Below, piece after piece: positions 17,419-26,310 of a stretch of 64,000 nucleotides of DNA. Position 1 is the first letter of the stretch. Every line of letters starts with the position of its first letter. The DNA is from an uncultured Gammaproteobacteria bacterium. Lineage in GTDB: Bacteria; Patescibacteriota; Patescibacteriia; Magasanikbacterales; GWA2-37-8. The DNA is taken from positions 174,335 to 238,334 of the forward strand of contig CAYHBZ010000001.1 in NCBI GenBank assembly GCA_964355175.1, in the 5' to 3' direction. Below the pieces are notes generated by a model. That model searched no databases. It was not told the DNA's origin and was given only the letters and a program-made list of their open reading frames with translations. The position numbers and the translations under genes are program-made.

Positions 17419-19035
17419 TTATTTTTCTATAGGCCTACTTATTTGTATTATTGCTTCTTTTCCTAATTTTTTAGTTCCAACTCTTATAAAATTACCTGCG
17501 TCTCCCATTTGCACCCAGGCTATATGTTCAACCGGATCTTTCCATCCTAAAAATAGAGCCGAATGTGTTCCTGGACAATATGAGTTCCAATTAACAATCA
17601 TATAATAATCTCCTGGCTGTAATTCATTTATCCAATTTGGATCCCATTTGCCTGTATCCTTTAATATACTAACTAATTTTTCTGTAGCTAAGTCAGGATT
17701 TATAAAACATGCTTCTGGCCATATTTTTTTTGTGCATTTTGCATCGCAAGACATCCCTCTTGTAAGTTGCGTTACAGCCAACCCTCCTCCGTAATTTGTT
17801 TTGAGGTTAGTTACATCATGCAATATTTTCTTTGGAGCATATTTTGTGTTGTTTCCGACCGAATTGCACGCTATGCTAGTTTTAGTATTTTTAGCATGTT
17901 GTAGACATTTAGCACTATCTCCATAAGAACCGCCGGTTGCGGAGACTAAAGCATATACGTTCGTTGTACCGACTCCGCAGTTTTCGTATTGAATTTGACA
18001 TTGGGCAGCGGCTTCAGATGCCATAGCCACTCTCTGACTCACCGAACCTTTTAAAATTTGTTGAGTTACCATTTTTTCATGAAATTCCAATCTTCTCGGA
18101 ATGTTTTTTGAGATTTGGTTAACTCTTGGCTTTTTTTTCAAATCAGGTATCAAACTAATCGTATCATCTGCAAAATTAATAGGTTGAGTAAGATCGACCG
18201 GACATTTAGTAAAATACTTAAATTGGCCAGGGGAACCTTCCCCAGCGGCAGCGTCTGCTAAATCGCTAGCAGTCAGACTCTCTGTTTGGGGAATTTCTTC
18301 AAAATATTCTACTTTCAGCGCTTGAAAATTTACCAAAGTAGGATTCACAATACTAAGTATGGTGAAAGACCCCCAACCTATAAAAAGACCAACAACAATC
18401 TGACCTATACGTTTAAAACCTTCTGCTTTTGCTTCACCACCACCAACTATAATCTTGACACCTGTGGTAATAATCATGACAACCGCAATAATACTAATCA
18501 CAACTAAACCAACTTTATAAGCGGCCGCAATATATTCACCAATATAGGGAATATTAAGATAAGTTTTACCATTTTCCTGGGTAACCGTACTGCTCGAAAG
18601 TTTGCTAAAATTTAAACCAGGAATATTGATCATCAACTTCGGCTCTTTTATACGCAAATCTATTTTTATATCCGTAAAACCAACCGTACCACCCTTATCA
18701 AAATTTTCTTTACCTACCGCATCAAGATAACAACGGTTGTTCAAACAAGCCTGACCACCTTCTTGGGTACTATATCCGGTACAATCTTCGGCCACATTGC
18801 ATTTTTTATCTACAAAGACACAATCATCACCGTTTTCACATTCTGTAGAAAGACAATAATAACTACCATCTGAGTCTTTGACACCTCCACCCTGAAAAGC
18901 ACTGCAAGCGTCCAATCCAAGACAGCCGAGCTTGGAACAGCCACTTACTTTTTCAGAATCAATAATCGCGTTAGCCTGTTTTGGGAGAATAAAAAAACTT
19001 AATAATAAAATAATAAAAATTTTTCTCCAAAACAT
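17419..19035 (-). CDS. Secreted/membrane-anchored Cys-rich protein with a possible C-terminal cysteine-peptidase-like (NlpC/P60 or CHAP-like) domain
   Basis: Signal peptide (IFIILLLSFFILPKQANA). Cys-rich N-terminal module (CSKLGCLGLDAC...CLSTECENGDDC). Internal TM (LVVISIIAVVMIITTGV). C-terminal PGDYYMIV...THSALFLGW loosely resembles the His-containing half of papain-like amidases. Function not established. Confidence 0.45.
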   Translation of the reverse strand: MFWRKIFIILLLSFFILPKQANAIIDSEKVSGCSKLGCLGLDACSAFQGGGVKDSDGSYYCLSTECENGDDCVFVDKKCNVAEDCTGYSTQEGGQACLNNRCYLDAVGKENFDKGGTVGFTDIKIDLRIKEPKLMINIPGLNFSKLSSSTVTQENGKTYLNIPYIGEYIAAAYKVGLVVISIIAVVMIITTGVKIIVGGGEAKAEGFKRIGQIVVGLFIGWGSFTILSIVNPTLVNFQALKVEYFEEIPQTESLTASDLADAAAGEGSPGQFKYFTKCPVDLTQPINFADDTISLIPDLKKKPRVNQISKNIPRRLEFHEKMVTQQILKGSVSQRVAMASEAAAQCQIQYENCGVGTTNVYALVSATGGSYGDSAKCLQHAKNTKTSIACNSVGNNTKYAPKKILHDVTNLKTNYGGGLAVTQLTRGMSCDAKCTKKIWPEACFINPDLATEKLVSILKDTGKWDPNWINELQPGDYYMIVNWNSYCPGTHSALFLGWKDPVEHIAWVQMGDAGNFIRVGTKKLGKEAIIQISRPIEK

Positions 19036-19038
19036 ATT

Positions 19039-20400
19039 TTAAACTTCAATTATTAAACTTTTTTCCGCTATAAGTGTATTTATACCCAATTTTTCTTTTA
19101 TTTTTTTCATAAATGATTCGCGAGCACCATTTTCACCATGATTCAGACAAACTTTTTTTGGCAAACTTTTGGCACTGCTCATCCAATCCAATAATTTACG
19201 CTGATCACCGTGCGCGGAAAAAGCACCGAGGGTTTTCACTTCACATTTTACCGCCACCCTTTCGCCCATTATATTTACACTGGAAGCACCTTCCTGAATT
19301 TGCCGGCCAAGTGTGCCGTGAGCTTGATAACCAATGATAAGCAAAGTGCTCTGCGGATCAGAAAGATAACGTAGAGCGTGGTACAAAATACGCCCGCCGT
19401 TCATCATGCCGGCGCCAGCGATAATAATTTTTGGATTGTGGGTGTTATTAATACGCTTGGAATCTTCGCGGGTTTCCGATAACACCAATCCTGGAAAATC
19501 AAACATATCATCCCCACTCTTCATCAGTTTTACCGCTGCTTCATCATAATACTGAGTATATTTGCGATAAACCCGAGTAGCGCCAATTGCCAAAGGGCTG
19601 TCCAAAAATATTGGCATGGCTGTCAGACGATTTTCCTGTTCAATTAATTTGTCCAATTCATAGAGCAATTCCTGCGTACGCTCTAGAGAAAAAGACGGAA
19701 TCATTAGCACACCACCGCGCTTCACTGCGGCGAGCACAGCTTGCTCCAGAATATCACGACGAGACTGCTCGGACTCATGAAGCCTGTCCCCATAAGTGGA
19801 TTCACATACCAACAAATCAATATCTTCCGGTAAATTATCCGTATCACGCAAAATTGGCACATGGACACTGCCAACATCTCCGGAAAATACTATTCTTTTG
19901 CCTTCAGCCATTACCTCAATGAAGGCCGAACCAAAAATATGGCCAGCATCACGCAGAAGAATCTTCACACTGCCGTCTCCAAACAAATCTTGTTCATGAT
20001 AATAATCTATCGGTTTGAACTGTTCCATTACACCAGCAATATCTTGTTCGCTATATAGAACTTCCCGACCAAATTTTATATGGTCATGCTCCATTACCGA
20101 CAAAGCGTCACGCAGTACCAATTCGGCCAGCTCCATGGTAGCTGGGGTAGCGTAAAAAAATCCAGTAAAACCTTCTTTTACTAAAATAGGTAGACGGCCG
20201 GTGTGGTCCAAATGAGCATGGGTAATAACTACCGCCGAAATCTCACTAGCATCATATGGCAAAGGATCGTGATTTTTGGCTTCATTAAAATCCCCGCCCT
20301 GAAACATACCACAATCCACAATAATTTTTTTATTCCCGGTTTCAATCAGACTATTTGATCCGGTGACTTCTCCTGCCGCGCCAAAAAAATGTACTTTCAT
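19039..20400 (-). CDS. MBL-fold beta-CASP ribonuclease (RNase J / CPSF73-like)
   Basis: HAHLDHTG metallo-beta-lactamase motif, beta-CASP region, C-terminal RNA-metabolising MBL domain; 453 aa. Confidence 0.7.
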   Translation of the reverse strand: MKVHFFGAAGEVTGSNSLIETGNKKIIVDCGMFQGGDFNEAKNHDPLPYDASEISAVVITHAHLDHTGRLPILVKEGFTGFFYATPATMELAELVLRDALSVMEHDHIKFGREVLYSEQDIAGVMEQFKPIDYYHEQDLFGDGSVKILLRDAGHIFGSAFIEVMAEGKRIVFSGDVGSVHVPILRDTDNLPEDIDLLVCESTYGDRLHESEQSRRDILEQAVLAAVKRGGVLMIPSFSLERTQELLYELDKLIEQENRLTAMPIFLDSPLAIGATRVYRKYTQYYDEAAVKLMKSGDDMFDFPGLVLSETREDSKRINNTHNPKIIIAGAGMMNGGRILYHALRYLSDPQSTLLIIGYQAHGTLGRQIQEGASSVNIMGERVAVKCEVKTLGAFSAHGDQRKLLDWMSSAKSLPKKVCLNHGENGARESFMKKIKEKLGINTLIAEKSLIIEV

Positions 20401-20499
20401 AGACCTAATTTACTGAATATTAAAGTATATTTTACCAAAATACAGAACTATATACAAGCTATTTTTTTTATGATAAAATATTTGATATAAAAAGACCTT

Positions 20500-21141
20500 A
20501 TGCGTCGCAATCTGGATAACATCGAAATCGTCGAACCGCCTATAGAAGAACTAACCAAAAAAAGATCGTGGAAAGGTGCCTGCTTTACTAGCTGTGCGCT
20601 TTTATTGGTTTTAATAGTGGCTGTAGGCATAGGAATAAAATTTTATGTAGGCCCAGGCCCGCAAACTCTCAAAGCCGTACCGGCTAATTTCCCAACCGGC
20701 ATACCGGTCTACGATAAAAATAATGTCGAAGTTATTACCTATATATCCGCCCGCTACAAACAGCGAGGCTTGGGCATAGCCACTCTATTGCCCAAATTAA
20801 TCCTAGCACCGGTTTTTTATAACTCTCAAAATAACGACAACGGCGGCACTCTTAAAAATATCTGGAATGCTGTTTCTACTCCAAGTAGCGACAACAAAGA
20901 CAGCATCCAAATAGAATGGAAAAACGTGGATGCTGATCCGGATTTTATAATTTCCTACTACAAAAAAGAATTACGCAAGAAAAATTTCAAAGTTGAAGTA
21001 CAATCTCAAGGAGACAATGTGCAACAATTTTCCTTTACTCGCGAAGACGGTGTGAGCGGCTCGGTATATGCCAGCAACACCAATGAAAAAAAATCCAGCA
21101 CCGAGCATCTCATGCTCACCGTGAATATTCCTACGAATTAA
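20500..21141 (+). CDS. Hypothetical membrane-anchored protein
   Basis: Single N-terminal TM (ACFTSCALLLVLIVAVGIGI) then a hydrophilic domain; no family recognised. Confidence 0.4.
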   Translation: MRRNLDNIEIVEPPIEELTKKRSWKGACFTSCALLLVLIVAVGIGIKFYVGPGPQTLKAVPANFPTGIPVYDKNNVEVITYISARYKQRGLGIATLLPKLILAPVFYNSQNNDNGGTLKNIWNAVSTPSSDNKDSIQIEWKNVDADPDFIISYYKKELRKKNFKVEVQSQGDNVQQFSFTREDGVSGSVYASNTNEKKSSTEHLMLTVNIPTN

Positions 21142-22758
21142 ATGCTCAAAATATTAAATTCTCAATCCAAGACCATTACCGGAGCGGCTATTATTTTATC
21201 GGGCGCTACTTTGCTGTCTCGTTTTGTGGGCGTGGCGCGCGATCGTGTATTGGCTCATTATTATGGAGCGGGACCAGTGATGGATGCCTATTATGCCGCT
21301 TTCAAAATTCCGGACATAATTTATAATTTATTAATTGTAGGAGCACTTACCGCTGGATTTATCCCTACTTTTACAAAATTGCTCAACAATAGAAATGAGA
21401 ATAAAGAAGCGTGGCAACTGACCAATAATATTTTGAATATTTTGGGCATATCCTTAATTGTATTGTGCGGACTAGGAATAATTTTTACTCCGATTCTAAA
21501 TAAAATCTTGGCTCCAGGATTTGATGCTGAAAATTTGAGGCGCGTGACGGCTTTTACCAGAATAATGTTTTTGTCTCCCTTGTTTCTGGGCATATCCATG
21601 CTAATGGGCGGCGCTCTACAATCTCTGCGTCGTTTTGTACTATACGCTATTGCGCCAATTTTTTATAATTTCGGTATTATTTTTGGCGCCACGGTATTGG
21701 TGCGCATGATGGGAGAAAATGGCCTGGCCTACGGCGTGGTGCTAGGCGCTTTTATACACTGTGCTATACAGGCCTATGGCACCTACCACTCTGGTTGGCG
21801 CTATGCTTTTTCTTTTAATACCAAAGATATCGACACCAAAATGGTATTTAAATTAATGGTGCCGCGTACCATGGGGCTAGCAATTACCCAACTAAATCAA
21901 GTGGTGGTGACAATGATGGCTTCATTTTTACCAATCGGCAGTATTGCGGTTTATAACTACGCCAACAATTTGCAGGCTGTGCCAATTGGGGTGCTGGCTA
22001 TTCCTTTCGCGCTGGCAATCTTCCCACTCTTCTCCGAAGCTGCCGCCCAAAAAGATATAGATTTATTTGTGAATCATTTTAGTTCGGTAGTGCGACAAAT
22101 TTTATTTTTGATTATCCCGTCCACTATTTTAATTTTACTTTTACGCGCCCAAATAGTACGCGTAATTTTGGGTAGTGGAGAATTTGATTGGAATGCCACG
22201 GTTAGCACTGCTGACGCGCTCGCCTGTTTCGCCCTGGGATTAGTGGCTCAGTCTCTGATTCCAGTTTTATCACGCGCCTTTTTTGCTTTTTCCAACACCA
22301 AAACTCCATTTGTAATCGGAGTGATATCCGAATTAATTAGCATCATCGCCGCTTTGCTCCTGATGCGTCCTTTGGGAGCGGCCGGATTGGCACTAGCCAG
22401 CTCAATTGGTGTGACCATAAATTTAATTCTACTTTGGATAAATTTACGCACTGAAACAAAAACTTTGGGAGAACGCCAAATTTTACCAATGGTACTACAA
22501 GTAACGGCCGCCAGCTTTGTAATGGGTCTGATTGTTCAGCTACTGAAATATCCTTTGGCAAAATTATTTAATCAACAATTTTTTTGGGGTATCTTTGGCC
22601 AAGGATTATTTGCCGGCGGATTTGGTCTTTTGTTTTACGGACTGGCCTGCTACTTTTTGCAAGTACCGGAATTTATGCAATTAAAAAATAGTTTTCAACG
22701 ACGCTGGCTAAAGATACAGAACCTAAACGCCACTGAAATTATCCAGAATAAAGAATAA
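21142..22758 (+). CDS. murJ: Lipid II flippase MurJ (MviN)
   Basis: 14-TM MOP-superfamily protein with MurJ hallmarks (SRFVGVARDRVLAHYYGAG, DAYYAAFKIPD). Confidence 0.85.
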   Translation: MLKILNSQSKTITGAAIILSGATLLSRFVGVARDRVLAHYYGAGPVMDAYYAAFKIPDIIYNLLIVGALTAGFIPTFTKLLNNRNENKEAWQLTNNILNILGISLIVLCGLGIIFTPILNKILAPGFDAENLRRVTAFTRIMFLSPLFLGISMLMGGALQSLRRFVLYAIAPIFYNFGIIFGATVLVRMMGENGLAYGVVLGAFIHCAIQAYGTYHSGWRYAFSFNTKDIDTKMVFKLMVPRTMGLAITQLNQVVVTMMASFLPIGSIAVYNYANNLQAVPIGVLAIPFALAIFPLFSEAAAQKDIDLFVNHFSSVVRQILFLIIPSTILILLLRAQIVRVILGSGEFDWNATVSTADALACFALGLVAQSLIPVLSRAFFAFSNTKTPFVIGVISELISIIAALLLMRPLGAAGLALASSIGVTINLILLWINLRTETKTLGERQILPMVLQVTAASFVMGLIVQLLKYPLAKLFNQQFFWGIFGQGLFAGGFGLLFYGLACYFLQVPEFMQLKNSFQRRWLKIQNLNATEIIQNKE

Positions 22759-22764
22759 AAAGAT

Positions 22765-24585
22765 ATGAAAGAAAATATGAATGAACACTTAAGAAATTTT
22801 TGTATTATCGCCCACATTGATCACGGTAAATCCACCTTGGCCGACAGATTTTTGGAAGTCACCGGCACGGTTTCCAAACGCGATATGAAAAATCAGTTGC
22901 TTGATTCCATGGATCTAGAACGCGAACGCGGTATTACTATCAAGCTGACACCAGTACGCATGCCATACACCCTTGATGGAGAAAAATATATTCTTGATTT
23001 GATTGATACTCCGGGACATGTGGACTTTAATTACGAAGTATCCCGCTCACTAGCCGCGGTAGAAGGCGCGGTATTGCTCGTGGATGCCACTCAGGGTGTG
23101 CAGGCACAAACTATCGGCAATCTATACCTGGCTATTGATCAAAACCTTACTATTATTCCGGTAATCAATAAGATCGACTCCCCGGCCGCCAATATTGAAA
23201 AAACTCAGGCGGAAATTATTCATTTGCTTGGCTGTGCCCCGGAAGATATTATTTTGGCTTCCGGCAAAACCGGCCAAGGTGTTGAAGAAATCCTCAAAGC
23301 GATTGTCAAAAAAATTCCTGCTCCACAAGATAACAATAGTGCCGCTCCCCGCGCCTTGATTTTTGATTCTTCTTATAACGAATTCAAAGGTGTAGTGGCC
23401 TCGGTGCGTATCACCGATGGTGAAATAAAAAAAGGAGATAAGATTTATCTCATGACGACTCAGACTCCGGCCGAAGTTTTGGAGCTGGGATATTATACTC
23501 CCAAATTTCATCCGGCCACTATTTTAAAAAATGGCGAAATTGGATATATTGTTACCGGTCTAAAAGAAGTGCGCGACTGTCGTGTGGGTGACACTATCAC
23601 TGCTCTAAATTCTGAAAAAACCGGCGTAGCGAAAGAATCTTTACCAGGCTATAAAGAAGTAAAGCCAATGGTATACGCCGGTATTTTCCCAAACGAAGGT
23701 GACGGATATGAACAGCTACGCGATGCGATCGACCGTCTGAAACTCAGTGACTCGGCTTTGATCTATGAACCGGAACATTCTCAGGCTCTGGGTTTTGGTT
23801 TCCGCTGTGGATTTTTGGGCATGTTGCATCTGGATATTTTCCAAGAACGCTTGAAGCGTGAATTTAATTTGGAAGTGGTGATCACCGTCCCAAGCGTGGC
23901 CTACAAAATAGAAAAAACCAACGGTGAAAAATTTACTATTCACAGCCCACAAGAGATGCCCGAACCAAATCACGTCACCGAAGTAGCCGAACCTTGGATG
24001 ACTCTCGATATTATTACTCCACAAGATTATGTCGGTAATGTGATGGGCCTAATCTCCGAACGCCGCGGACGCTATGTGAATACCGAGTATTTGAGTACCG
24101 GCAGTGATCAGCGCGCGCTTTTGCATTATCAAATTCCTTTGGCCGCTTTGGTCACGGATTTTTATGATAAATTAAAAACCGTTACTTCCGGATATGCTTC
24201 CATGAATTACGAGCTAATCGGCTATGAAAAAACCGATGTGGTAAAAATAGAAATTTTGGTTGGCGAAGAACCAGTAGAAGCTTTGGCCACTCTAGTATGG
24301 CGCGAAGACGCTTATCATATTGGCAAAAAAATCTGCGAATCACTCAAAGACAGTCTGCCTCGCCAACAATTTGAATTAAAAATTCAAGCGGCTATTGGCG
24401 GCAAAGTGATTGCTTCCGAACGCCTAGGCGCTCTACGCAAGGATGTTATTGCCAAATTATACGGTGGTGATGTCACTCGCAAAATGAAACTGCTTGAAAA
24501 ACAAAAGAAAGGTAAAAAACGCATGATGGCCCACAGCAAAGTGGATATTCCACCGGAGGCTTATTTGGCCGTATTAAAAAGATAA
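22765..24585 (+). CDS. lepA: Elongation factor 4 (LepA)
   Basis: G-domain motifs AHIDHGKST, DTPGH, NKID and the unique LepA C-terminal domain. Confidence 0.95.
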   Translation: MKENMNEHLRNFCIIAHIDHGKSTLADRFLEVTGTVSKRDMKNQLLDSMDLERERGITIKLTPVRMPYTLDGEKYILDLIDTPGHVDFNYEVSRSLAAVEGAVLLVDATQGVQAQTIGNLYLAIDQNLTIIPVINKIDSPAANIEKTQAEIIHLLGCAPEDIILASGKTGQGVEEILKAIVKKIPAPQDNNSAAPRALIFDSSYNEFKGVVASVRITDGEIKKGDKIYLMTTQTPAEVLELGYYTPKFHPATILKNGEIGYIVTGLKEVRDCRVGDTITALNSEKTGVAKESLPGYKEVKPMVYAGIFPNEGDGYEQLRDAIDRLKLSDSALIYEPEHSQALGFGFRCGFLGMLHLDIFQERLKREFNLEVVITVPSVAYKIEKTNGEKFTIHSPQEMPEPNHVTEVAEPWMTLDIITPQDYVGNVMGLISERRGRYVNTEYLSTGSDQRALLHYQIPLAALVTDFYDKLKTVTSGYASMNYELIGYEKTDVVKIEILVGEEPVEALATLVWREDAYHIGKKICESLKDSLPRQQFELKIQAAIGGKVIASERLGALRKDVIAKLYGGDVTRKMKLLEKQKKGKKRMMAHSKVDIPPEAYLAVLKR

Positions 24586-24603
24586 AAAATAAAATATAAT
24601 AAT

Positions 24604-24699
24604 ATGAAACATAAGACAATAAAAAATCTCTGGACTGTAGTAGCTATAATCGGCATTATTGCCATGATTATGTTTACAATTTTGCCATTATTTCAATAA
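24604..24699 (+). CDS. Possible 31-aa single-TM micropeptide (MKHKTIKNLWTVVAIIGIIAMIMFTILPLFQ)
   Basis: ATG-initiated small ORF in the lepA-downstream spacer encoding one hydrophobic helix. Below the ORF-track length cutoff; no homology evidence. Confidence 0.25.
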   Translation: MKHKTIKNLWTVVAIIGIIAMIMFTILPLFQ

Positions 24700-24709
24700 T
24701 CAAAAATTT

Positions 24710-25099
24710 GTGAAAGTTCTTCGCCAATATCAGCTGGATATTATTTTTCTATTTTTAGCTATCCTATTTATTCTGTGGGCATTTTTTTACGCGCTCAAAT
24801 ATCTGGGTGTGGACGCGCACGAATATGAATGGTTTGCGGCTTTACCCCTGATCGCTTTCTATTTGATATATATGCTCAAAATGCGCGACCGAATTTCTAT
24901 TTCCGATCGCCGCGCGATGACCACCAAATCAATGATTTATTGGATAGTGCTCGGCATTTCACTTTTTACTTCCTACGCCACCCCTATCGCCGCCCGAGAT
25001 TACTGGTCACTAAACGCGCTGTATTTAATATTTACCCTGCTATTGGCCGATTCATATTGGGATTTCAAAAAGATGACACTCAAAGATTTAAAAAAATAA
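24710..25099 (+). CDS. Hypothetical 4-TM membrane protein
   Basis: GTG-initiated hydrophobic ORF; no family recognised. Confidence 0.4.
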   Translation: MKVLRQYQLDIIFLFLAILFILWAFFYALKYLGVDAHEYEWFAALPLIAFYLIYMLKMRDRISISDRRAMTTKSMIYWIVLGISLFTSYATPIAARDYWSLNALYLIFTLLLADSYWDFKKMTLKDLKK

Positions 25100-25100
25100 T

Positions 25101-26306
25101 ATGTCTGAAACACCACGCCACTTATCATTTGAAAAAATCGACCACTCCACGGATCGTGGCACCCAGGAAATCCAGGGCTTTTTTCAAGACGCTGATTCCG
25201 TGCCGGCCAAAATGGTAAAAAATTATGCTAAAGAAATTGCGGACAGAATTAATACAGCACAATCCCCGGATGAGCAAAAAATATTTTTAATAGATTTGCT
25301 CAGAGAAGATGCTTTGGAAAAAATAATTCAAACCAAGGGTAAAGCGGAAGGATTTTCGCAAGAAGATCTGGAAGATGTGAAAAAAATGACCAAATCTTCT
25401 GTCAAACAAATTAGACAAGCAGTGGCTGAAGAACTGAAAAAATATTTGCCGGAAGATTTATATTTTTTTATTAAAAAATATGTATCGCCAGAACTGGAAA
25501 GCCACAACCAAAGACTCTCTATAGAAAATACCCGCGGTGAACTATTTCTAAAAACTAACGACCGCTATTCCCATGATATTAGCGATAATTTAAAAATAGG
25601 TTTAGAGATGCTAAAAACTGCCATGGACGGTCTAGATGATCCGGACAAAGAAATGCCTTTCATCCCCCATCTCCTTATCACCAACCGCCCAAAAAACTTG
25701 GATCGGCAGGTGGCGTTTGGCGTGGCTCCAAAAAATATTCTTACGATCCAAGAAATTTTTGAAGATAAAGGCAATAATTTTTCTGATAGAGAAAAAATAC
25801 AGGCAGTAGTGGATTGCGTAAAAGGAGCTAAATTTTTAGCTGACAATGGACTCACTCTTACTGACCTGGATACCAAAGATCCTGGTCGTAATATTGGTAT
25901 TGATATAGATACAAAAAAAGGGATTCTATTTGATTTGGATGGTTTAATGCCTGCTAATACTCAGATATCGGCTATGTTAGCCGCCATGGACCAAGGAAAA
26001 CCAATGAAAGAACTTATTGCGCCGGAATATCAAGGACTATCTACCGGTCAAAATATTATTTCACGCAAAGAATCCATGATCTGGGAATTGGGCGACACTA
26101 TTTATCGCTTGGCCAAAAATCAAGAAGATGAGTTGTACAAATCACCAAATTTCTTTTCTCAGCAAAACCTAGTTTCAATGTGGGAAAAATTAAGAGAATT
26201 TAGCGAAAAAATGAGGGCTCAAAAACCGGAAGATCGCCCATCTTTTGATGTTTGTATTACAAAATTAGAAGGTATTATAAATAAATATTTACCGGAAAAC
26301 AAATAA
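25101..26306 (+). CDS. Eukaryotic-like protein-kinase-like domain protein (atypical, divergent)
   Basis: C-terminal half has kinase-like ordered motifs. LTLTDLDTKDPGRNIGID resembles the HRDLKPxNI catalytic loop. LFDLDGL resembles DFG. APEYQG resembles the APE motif. RPSFDVC resembles the kinase C-lobe RPSF. No clear glycine loop seen. Confidence 0.4.
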   Translation: MSETPRHLSFEKIDHSTDRGTQEIQGFFQDADSVPAKMVKNYAKEIADRINTAQSPDEQKIFLIDLLREDALEKIIQTKGKAEGFSQEDLEDVKKMTKSSVKQIRQAVAEELKKYLPEDLYFFIKKYVSPELESHNQRLSIENTRGELFLKTNDRYSHDISDNLKIGLEMLKTAMDGLDDPDKEMPFIPHLLITNRPKNLDRQVAFGVAPKNILTIQEIFEDKGNNFSDREKIQAVVDCVKGAKFLADNGLTLTDLDTKDPGRNIGIDIDTKKGILFDLDGLMPANTQISAMLAAMDQGKPMKELIAPEYQGLSTGQNIISRKESMIWELGDTIYRLAKNQEDELYKSPNFFSQQNLVSMWEKLREFSEKMRAQKPEDRPSFDVCITKLEGIINKYLPENK

Positions 26307-26310
26307 ACTT

